Part shown: positions 52,310-64,000 of the stretch, piece by piece | Position numbering within the stretch: position 1 is the stretch's first letter | Layout of the letters: the number at the start of each line of letters is the position of its first letter | From: the human T2T-CHM13v2.0 reference genome, Homo sapiens | Assembly: GCF_009914755.1 (NCBI RefSeq) | Contig: NC_060937.1 | Length of the DNA: 64,000 nucleotides | Strand: one strand, 5' to 3' | Position numbers and translations under genes: made by a program | Notes under the pieces: generated by a model | Seen by the model: the letters and a program-made list of their open reading frames with translations, nothing else | What the model was told of the DNA's origin: nothing | Database searches by the model: none

Positions 52310-55300
52310 ATGGACTTGGAGCTCACAGGGTCTTGCGACTTGGAATCGGATTCAGAGGACTGGACAGAACACTTGGATAAGTGAGTCTCTGTCTGTCTGT
52401 CTCATTGGTTGGTTTATTTCCATTTTCTTAAGGAGTGCATACCTCACACCACACACACTCACACACACTCTCACAGTCACACACACTCCTTCATTCTCAG
52501 GGTTTGAAAATTTGTTGGGGTCCCTGGGAGCTTCAGGTTTCGTAATCCTGTCTGCACCTAAAAACAGTAGGGTCTTGTCTGGCTCTTCTTGTGAACAGTC
52601 CCTCAGCCCCGATTCCCCAAGTTCGACGATGCTAGCCTCACCCAGCTTCTCCCTCTCCCCTCTCAGTAACTCAGCCTTAAGAGGAAGCTCCTCACCAGGG
52701 ATCCGGAGCTACCATTCACCATCCCCTAGGGCTTCTCCACACTCACCTCTGTCATCCCCAGAATCCCACAAGCTCCCATTTCCCTGTCCTCACCGCGATG
52801 GGCAATCAATGAAGCCATTGGGCTCTCCCATGTCATCCTCTGATTATTCTTCAGAGTCACTGCGTTCATCAATAATGTACCACATGTTCTTACTGCCATC
52901 ACCCAGCAGCTCTCCCCCAGCTCTCAGGGAGTCTCCTCTGTCTCCCAGCTACTCTCCAAACAACCCCAGATTTCAACTGGAGTCAGCGTCCCACATCCAG
53001 GATCACCTACAAACTCATGAGCCTCACGGTGCTCCTCCCCTATGTCTTTCATCTCTTCACCCCCAGGCCTCAGGGACTCTCCTGTGGCTCCCAGTTACTC
53101 TCCAGCCATCCCCAGGTTCCTGCGGGAGTCAGCCCCATGCACCCAGGAGTCCCCCAGAGACCCACAGTCTTGGGAGAATATGAGCGGTCACCCAGCCCTG
53201 ACTCCTCAAGATTCATGCCTGCCTCACCCAGCATCTCCCTCTCCCCTCCCAGAAACTCATACCCAAGGGGCAGCTCGTCACCAGGGATGTGGAAGTACTC
53301 TACATCATCTCACAGGGCTTCACCACTTTCACCTCCGTCATCGACAGAATTTCACAACTTTACGTTTCCCTTTCATAACCAATCACTACAATCACTCATG
53401 TCATTGTGTTCTCCCGTGTCCTCCTCTGGAGATTCTTCACAGTCACCTCGTTCATCAATAATATACCATATGTTCTTACTGCCATCAACCAGCAGCTCAC
53501 CCCCACCCATCAATGACTCTCCTTTCTGTCCCAGCTACTCTCCAACTATGTCCAGTTTTCAGCGGTTGTATGTCTCCCACACCCCAGAAACACCTAGAAA
53601 GTCAGAGACCTCAGTGAGATCCTCGCCAGTCTCTCTCACGTCTTCACCACCAGCCCTTACGAACCCTCCTGTCTGTCCCAGCTACTCTCCAACCATGCCC
53701 ACATTTCAGCCCCAGTCAGTTCCAGGATCCCAGGGATCACCACCAAGCTCCCCACTTTCACTGTGTTACTCCCCAGTCTCTACCACGTGTTTATATCCAA
53801 ACCTCTGGAAATCTCCTGTCTGTCCCAGCTACTTTCCAACCTCGCCTACATTTCAGCAGGAGTCCGTTGCAGGCACTGAGAAATCACCACCAAACTCACC
53901 AATTTCACTGCGTTACTCCCCAGTTTCTCTCATGTCTTCACCATCCCTCAGGGACTCTCCTTTCTATCCCAGCTACTCTCCACCCACGCCCAGATTTCAG
54001 CTGGAGTCAGTTCCAGGCACCCCGGAATCACCACCAAACTCACCTATTTCATTCAATTTCTTCCCAGTCTCTCTCATGTCTTCACCCCCAGCCCCCTGGG
54101 ACTCTCCTGTCTGTCCCAGCTACTCTACCACCAAGCCCAGATTTCAGCGGGACTCAGCCTCCTACACTCCGGAATCACCTACAGACTCACAAACCTCACT
54201 GGGGTCCTCCCTTGTCTCCCTCAGGTCTTTGCCCTCAGCCCACAGGGACTTCTGTGTCTCTTTCAGCTACTCTGAATACTTTTCTAGATTCCAGCTGGAG
54301 TCAGTTCCAGGCACCCACGACACACCACCAATCTCACCCATATCACTGACTCATGTTTTCACCCCCAGCCCTCAAGGACTCTTCTGTCTCTCTCACCTAC
54401 TCTCCAACCATCTCCAGATATCAGCTGGAGTCAACTTCCCACACCCAGGAGTCACCTAGAAACTCACAGAACTTACTGCCACCCTTCCCCATTTCTTTTA
54501 CCTCTTCACCCCTAACCTTCAGGGACTCTACTCTGTCTCCCAGCTTCTCTCCAGCCTTCCCCAGATTTCTGCAACCGTCAGCCCCAGGCACCCAGGAGAA
54601 CCCTAAAAACTCACAGGCCTCACACTACTATTTCCCTATGACATGTATCTATACAGTGATGGCTCTCACGTAGCCCTCAGTGACCCCAAACCCATCTCCA
54701 CTTACACTCAGACACTCCCAGGCCTATCAGCTACTCCCCATTATTGTCCTTCAGTTCGAAGCCCTGGCCAATCCACTAGCGTCAATGAAGCAGTTTCCTG
54801 ACCATTTCTCCACTTTTCTGATGAGGGCTCCACACGCAGCCACTGAAGATTCCCTCCTGCATTCCTTCCTGACACACAGGCCTGTCCATCTACTTGCTAC
54901 TCTCACACTCTTGCCAGCAGAAGGGGCTCCTCTAATGGCCCATATCACCACATAGGCTATTGTCACCCCACAGCTGTGTAGCACGACCTTCCTGCTTGCC
55001 GACGTGGCTTCCAGTGCCCATGCTGACAGGAACCTCTACCATGTTGGCATCCCTGTGGGTGACACTACCGGTGTGACATTGCTAGATTGACCCTCCTACC
55101 TGGCAGTGACACTGTTGATGTGAGCCCCCATTTTCAGGTCTGTGATTTGTAAATAGGGCCATTTTCCCTTTTCTTTCTTTCTTCCATTCACAGGGCTTTT
55201 CATTCTCTCTGTTTCTGTCTCCATTTCAGATATTTACTCACCCCTTTTCTCTTTTCCCTATGTCTCCCGTGGTCTTAATGAGAGTGTGCCACATAAGATT

Positions 55301-55311
55301 CCCCCAATAAA
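52310..55311 (+). pseudogene. Candidate disabled spliced gene encoding a Ser/Pro-rich, Pol II CTD-like repeat protein
   Basis: ATG at 52310, GTGAGT donor at 52381, in-frame AG acceptors at 52567/52570/52666, overlapping ORFs 52227-53183, 53042-53461, 53017-54459 and 54353-54673, AATAAA at 55306. Confidence 0.5.
52900..54620 (+). repeat. ACRO1 147-bp satellite, array 2
   Basis: CCCAGCTACT-type anchors at 52944, 53091, 53530, 53677, 53824, 53968, 54115, 54262 (spacing 147, one of 144, one gap of 439 holding non-repeat sequence). Confidence 0.92.
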
Positions 55312-56849
55312 AGTGATGAATTGAGTGGCTTTTAGTATACTTGTTGTTGTGCATATTCAATTTTAATTCACAATCCATTTTAAACCATTATATCATCCCC
55401 TAGCAGAGAAAACCCTGTAAGAATTAATCATTCCTCATTCTGTCTCAAACCCTCTCCCCGATGCTCAGCCCTAGGTAACAACTACATAGAGTGCTCAAAC
55501 CTATCTCCATAGATTTGCATGTTGTGGACATTTCCTATAAACAGAATTATACAGTATGAAAGCTTTTATGACTGACTTTACACTTATCAGAATATTTTCA
55601 AAGTTCATCCACATTGTAGCGTTATCCACAGTGAGAAACCATTTTTTTTTTGTTTTAGTAACACCAGGTGTTTTCTCCTGGCTTCCTTCCTTCCTCCTAT
55701 TTCTCTCTTACTCCTTCTGCCCTCTGTGTTTTATATTCCTTAGGTGCATCCTACTTTCTGTGTTTTTTTGGGAAATCCTCGACAGTTGCAGGAAAATTGT
55801 GTTATTGTTTTTGTTTACTGGTATCTCTCTTTCATGGTTCTCCATCAATTGTAAACATCTATTGGTTTCTCCCAAGTCACTCAGAATGTTTTAATTAGGT
55901 ACACCTGTTTTTCTTTATATATCTCTTTCTGGAGTATAGGGTTACATACTGATGAACCCAGTGTAACTCAAGAACGCATCTAATATCCCAATAAACCCAT
56001 CGTAATGTTGAAAAATCATAAATAAAACCATCATAAGTCAGGGTTTGTCCGTGGTTATGGGTTTCATCATTTCTGTTGTAATCATTAATGCCGTACACCT
56101 TTAAAAATGGCATAGTGGTAGGGAAGGGATAAACCTAGCATTTTAAAATTCAGTTGTTGCAGGGATCCCACATAATATTTTGTCATTTATATGAGGGTGG
56201 ATGAGGGCTGAAATTTCATCTTGGGTCTTGGAACAGATTCATGGAACAGATTCTTGGAACAGATTCATTTTAAAGCGATTGGTCCTCAGTTCTGCAAATT
56301 AAGAAACTCCAATTTATTGATTCCCCAGGGTAATGAGAAAATGTATTGAGTGATATATAACAGCCACCACATTCACAGGAAATGCTGTCCTGGATCAAAA
56401 ACTGACCTGGTCATTGAATTATGATAGAGAACTCATAAAAATTCCATGGAGAAAGTGATATTCAAGTTGGGTCATGAATTCTGAGTAAAAGTTTAAAAAC
56501 AAAGGAGAGGATAGCCTTACAGAGATAACAATAGCAACAAAGTCACAGACTTGTGGAAATGGAAGACCGCGCTGGAAATTAGGACAGTTCATATTCAAGC
56601 AAAAAGGGTTGGGTTTTGAACAAATACCTTGAAGCTTTGGATGCCTTGGAGCCCTTGACAGTTTTTGAGAATGTATCAAAACAATTAAATAGTCTATTTG
56701 GAAGTGAGAGCCCTGGTACTTCTAGGATGTAATTTTTGATCAATAATGAGAATGGAGTAATAAAGAAATGTGTTATCACTCTAATTGACAACTCTCGTTA
56801 TGGCACAGAAAAAGATATGTCTATCTTGGCAACAGAATTGTATCCCAGA

Positions 56850-57450
56850 AAATATCTAATATATAATATATATATTAATGTAGTAAGTGATCAAAATAGT
56901 ATTTCAATCTATATGGAAAGAAAAAATTTTTCAGGAAATATTGTTGACAAAACTCGACAAACAATTGGAGAATCAGAAAATAAGATCTTCCTTTCATACC
57001 ACACACAGGGATTAAAAACAATAGAAGCATTAGAAGTGAATATAGACATGTGTTTATTGGGAGTCAGGGAAAGGAAAGTCTTTATGATCCTACAGGAAAA
57101 TACACAATCCAGAATAAAAACACAGATAAATTTTGACAAATCAAGGTGTTTTTAATTTAAACTTCTTTACCGTATAACATTTCAAACTGGGGAATAATTA
57201 ATCATTTATAACAGAGTCAATACCATTAATTTAGACAGAATTTAAAATGAATGAAGAAAGTGGGCAAAGGATATAAACAGAAAATTCACCACCATTGTTA
57301 TATCAACGTCTGTTCAACATTTCCATGATCAACGAAATGCAGTCAATAATAAGTCAGCATGTTCAGTCTACCAAATCGTGATAACATTAAGAAAATGATT
57401 ATTTCTAGTTTAGCTACACTGAAATTGGAAGTAAAAGTTTACTGGAGGAC
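56850..57450 (+). mobile_element. Very degenerate L1M ORF2 3' remnant
   Basis: A-rich, with L1-like phrases (AAAACAATAGAAGCATTAGAAG, ACAGATAAATTTTGAC, AAAGTGGGCAAAGGATATAAACAG). Confidence 0.45.
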
Positions 57451-58749
57451 AAGGTAGTATGGGATATAAAAACTAAATTATCCTAGGCAACCATTACAAA
57501 TGATTTCATGATGTAGTGAAAATCTATCTACAATATACGACTTTTTGAGCACTCTATTGCCTATTAAAAAACAGTAAAGTGTAAAAGACAGTTCTTTAGA
57601 CAAATTGGGCCACGGAAATGCCAAATCATTAGTTTTGGTGTCTGTAACGCCTCACAAAGTTATAAACTTTTATGAATAATTTGCTAAGGAATTAGCTCTA
57701 ATGACAGGTAGTTTATTTATATACCTTGATAACATCTACAGGTATCTTATGCACATGACATTATAGAAATATTTGTTTGGGTTTTTCTCAACCAGTCATT
57801 TTCTACACCATAATTCCAGCTCAGCCCACTCCACTTGCAATTGCTTGCTCTCATCTTCTAACTCCTGTTTATTCTTCTCAATTTCTGCTGTAATGGCTTC
57901 ATTTAACCTGCTCCTCCGTATCTTGTATGCTTTTTAGTTCACTGCTTATTTCCTTCTTCCTGCTGGAAAACATGGCTAAATAACTTGTATTAATATTTTA
58001 GCCTCATTTAGCTTCAAGATTATCTCATAAGGATATCTGAGCACCCTTCTTCCCATTGTTATGACAATTGAAGCCTTTTTAAATTCCTGTCCTAGGAGAA
58101 GTTGCTCAAAATTTGCCATACATCTATGATGTTTTAATTAATACTGACCTCTGAATGATCTAGAAAATAATGGTAAACCATGTACACATATTTGTGTGTG
58201 CGCATGTGTGCATGTATCCATAGCATCTGTGTGTGTGTACATTTTATAGATTTTTGTCTTTGTATGAAGAAATATACTGAATATCCAAATAATCATAATT
58301 TCTATACAAGTGAGGTATGTGGCTTAAAATCTAGTGAACAAAATATAACTATACATTCATGATTTGGAAAACTTTTAACATGATTTTGAGGAATTACTCA
58401 ATTGTTAATTGTTTCTGCCTTCTCTAACAAAATGACTAATATTTGGACTGAAAAGAAAAAAAGAAAACCTCGGTAAGTGGAATTTCTGTGGGTGGTAGCT
58501 CTGGAATATCCCACCAAGAGAATGAATCCGATTAAAATAATGACTGTAGAAATTTCCTTGTTAGTGAATATTCAGCCTGGCCTTAAGGAAAATGTAGCTC
58601 TCTCTTACTGCTTTGTATCTTATTTCTTTTACTATGTCAATTCTCACCTTAGTAGAACTACTACTAGTTCTAGTACCATGGCTGTCATAGATGCAACCAT
58701 TATATTCCATTTAGTTTCTTCCTCAGGTTCCCTAACAATTGTTTGAAAC

Positions 58750-58935
58750 TGAATATATATGTTTATGTATGTGTGTGTGTTCACTGTCATGTATATGGTG
58801 TATATGGGATGTGTGCAGTTTTCAGTTATATATATATTCATATATACATATGCATATATATGTATAATATACATATATACATGCATACACTTGTATAATA
58901 TACATATATATACACATATATGCACACATATAATC
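58750..58935. repeat. (TA)n/(CA)n low-complexity tract
   Basis: Alternating purine-pyrimidine run. Confidence 0.85.
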
Positions 58936-59439
58936 ACTGAGTTCCAAAGTGAGTCTTTATTTGGGGCAATTGTATTCTCTCCCCTCTGTCTGCTCACTGG
59001 CCTTTGCAAGACATAGCAATTGCTTGATTTTCCTTTGGATAAGAGTCTTATCTTCGGCACTCTTGACTCTAGCCTTAACTTTAGATTTCTATTCCAGAAT
59101 ACCTCTCATATCTATCTTAAAACCTAAGATGGGTAAAGAGGTCATAAGATTTGTAGTATGAAAGAGTTTGCTTAGTTAAATTATATCTCAGGAAACTCAT
59201 TCATCTACAAGTTAAATTGTAAAATGATTGTTTATTGTATCTGAAAAAATGTTTAGAACAAGAAATGTAACTGGGTAGCCTGTTATATCAAAGAACCCTC
59301 GATTTATTAATTCTCCTCATAGCCATATCCTTATATAGCCCTCTCTGACACTGACTTAATAGACACTTGATAAATGATAGTAAATTTAGGCTTGGCAAAT
59401 TAAAATGGCACCAATGCCAAGTGAGAACCTGATCTACTC

Positions 59440-59672
59440 TACCAGAGAGACTAAGTGGAGGAGAACCCAGCTGATAGCACCAGTGAACTGCCAGATATTT
59501 GAGTGATGTCACTTTGGACTATGTAGGCCTTGTCAGTGATATAAGGCAACCTAGGCAAGACTCCAAATATTTTCCTCCGGAGCCCAACCAAAGTTAACAA
59601 ATTGTGAGTATGTGTTTTCAGCAACTAAGTTTGATGACTGCTAATTACACAGCAATGGCTAATTGAAATAAC
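59440..59672 (+). mobile_element. MLT1 (ERVL-MaLR) LTR fragment
   Basis: TGTTTTCAGCAACTAAGTTTG...TTACACAGCAATGGCTAATTGAAATA resembles the MLT1 3' terminus. Confidence 0.5.
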
Positions 59673-60759
59673 AACTAAAAATTAAAGATGAGATAATGAA
59701 TTGTGTTTAAAAATTTAGCAAGTGAGTACTTCATGAATATATTTACCTTGATGGCATTACAAGCTAAGTTTTACTGGGCTTTATTAGAACAAATTATTTG
59801 AGCATTGAAGAGAAAGTGAACTTTCAAACTATCTTATTTACGTTTATGTTTCAGTTATCCCACAAAAGCAGGAAATCACTTTCAACAATGCACCTGAGAT
59901 ATTTTACAGTAACTCTCTGGTTATTTCCAAGTATCAGGTGGAGAAATATGGATCAGACACAAAGACAATAAGGTTCATTGCTCTCTAGCTGAATACTTTT
60001 TCTTAAATAGGTTTATTAGTAAATTGATGACAACTTGATTTGATGTTTACTCTGATGTGTGATGTAAAGTTCTTCCTAAAGCCCCCTTTCTTTTCCTTTT
60101 TAAAATTATTAATGTAGACTATTACAGAGAATGTGAACATATTAGATATATAGATATCACAACAGGAGAACAGTCAATGTTATGTTTTAGACTATTTCAA
60201 CCCTAAAATGTGGACACAGGTTGGAATGAGGATCCATTTCAGCATAATAGCCTCTAATGGAGTGGGGAACATATAAAATCCTGTGTTGCTTTATGAAATG
60301 TTGCTTATTTGCTTCATGTTTTTAAAAAGTATCAGTTTTATTTAATAGTGGGATCTTTATGTCAGGGATTACTGATGTTTCCAGCAAGCTAATTCGTACC
60401 AGGGAGACAATGTAAACATTTAGAAAGGGGATTATATTTCTGTTCTATCTGCATATGTCAGATGACAATGAGAGTTTCAAAGTACAATCCTATGAAAGGT
60501 TGTATTGTAGATTTGGCCTAGAAGCCCAAAGCCATTAAATTTTTATCAAAATTATACCTGAAAATTCTTCATGTTGTTCATTAGCAGTCATTATCTTTAC
60601 AAAGATATAGGAAATAAAGTGATTTCCATCTGTTGCAATCTCTTGCCTTTTACAATAGACAAAATTGTTATTTTCATTAGGTTTCACAAAAGGAATGATA
60701 TATAAATTATTAAAAGGCATGTTAAGTTCTTTCACCAGAGAAATTTAGATTATTCTTGC

Positions 60760-63090
<2,331 letters not shown>

Positions 63091-64000
63091 GAACTAGTTT
63101 GTTGAGTTCATTTAGGATATAAGTTGTAAGAAATATTGCACCAGACAATTTATTTTCTGAGATGAGCTCAAGTAAGTATGAGCACAGTATCAGGAATGAC
63201 ATTCATTTGTTCCCAGCTGTCTCTAGGCATTTTGCACTCTTGAAAAATACTAAGTTCCCTGGACCTGAAGAGATTCATGTATCAGTAAGAATGTGAGCCC
63301 CTTGAGTGTTCAATGTCCCTTCAAACCTTAGAAACTGTAAGTCAATGATGGTGATTATCACATCACAAGAGTATAGTTAGCTTCTTTTAAAAGATATAAA
63401 AGACCCCTCTGAGTTAGCCCTGGACACATATTTCTCCAACTGCCTGAATAAATGTTTAGCGATCCATACAGAATTACTCTCAATTAGATTTAGAGAAAAC
63501 ATTCTCTCTTTGAAGAACACTGGAATTGAGGAAAATATGGTAGAGCATATAGGTTATTTTGCCTTTGTTACTTTGTAGACCTTAAATCATGGAGTGTGTT
63601 AGAACACAGTATATTTGTGACAACCATGACAGTTCAGAGAAACGCAGTGACGTCATTTACTCTGAAACTGAAAGACACTAATCTCTGCTCTGAGACCCAC
63701 AAAATCAGATTGTTTGTTTTACCTGCATGATTTCTATTCCTCCCATCTTGTTGTTCTTTTTATAAAACACCTTTGCTAAATAATAAAGTTATTACTCTAA
63801 GGTAGTGTCCAGGTCTCTTTGATAATAATGAAACGTCCATGGCCAAATCCCATTGCTCTGTTTTGACAGTGTGCTCCAAGAAAATTACTTTGATATGCCC
63901 TCTCATATTAGAATAAATACATTATACATGCCTATTGCCTACATCAAGTTTTGAATTGTACCACTTTCAGGTTTAACCTGGCCATACAGCAGATTTTCTT

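Noticed and set aside
52381-52500. Acceptors at 52432 and 52500 for the candidate first intron
   Set aside because: 52432 is in frame but gives a 52-nt intron, too short for typical human splicing. 52500 puts the 52310 ATG frame into a stop after two codons and only fits an ATG (52227) abutting the TATA box.
53017-54459. Calling the 480-aa ORF an intact gene or a POLR2A retrocopy
   Set aside because: Its first ~50 and last ~35 residues are out of the repeat frame, and no RPB1 catalytic-domain sequence is visible.
48060-54620. ACRO1 or Sal-box repeats as a CRISPR-like array
   Set aside because: Sequence between the anchors is homologous rather than unique spacer; mammalian context and no cas genes.

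Overview
Eukaryotic DNA that is human or near-human. It is the end of a 45S rDNA array running into acrocentric proximal-junction-type sequence. The window holds a partial 18S (1-1311), ITS1, 5.8S, ITS2, 28S and 3'ETS. A complete intergenic spacer follows, with Sal-box terminators, three R repeats, two long repeats, Alus, a CDC27 retrocopy and the p53 RGC site. Next is a last unit with a Pol I promoter (TSS 41787), 5'ETS and full 18S. Its ITS1 diverges and breaks near 48010-48060 into 147-bp ACRO1 repeats. Two diverged copies of a ~5.7-kb ACRO composite follow, then AT-rich DNA with old transposon fragments and a 5'-truncated L1PA. The unit period is 45,962 bp. No intact protein-coding gene is supported. 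Best leads: (1) the ACRO composite looks like a decayed spliced Pol II gene (TATA, Inr, ATG exon, splice donor, in-frame acceptors, poly(A) hexamer) whose satellite encodes 7x7 CTD-like heptads; (2) the terminal rDNA unit has no terminator, carries private lesions and points into that array; (3) the same T>G change recurs in about 15 IGS Alu left arms; (4) template-switch scars flank the junction. Repeat boundaries are read by eye. Comparisons to reference sequences are from memory and need alignment.
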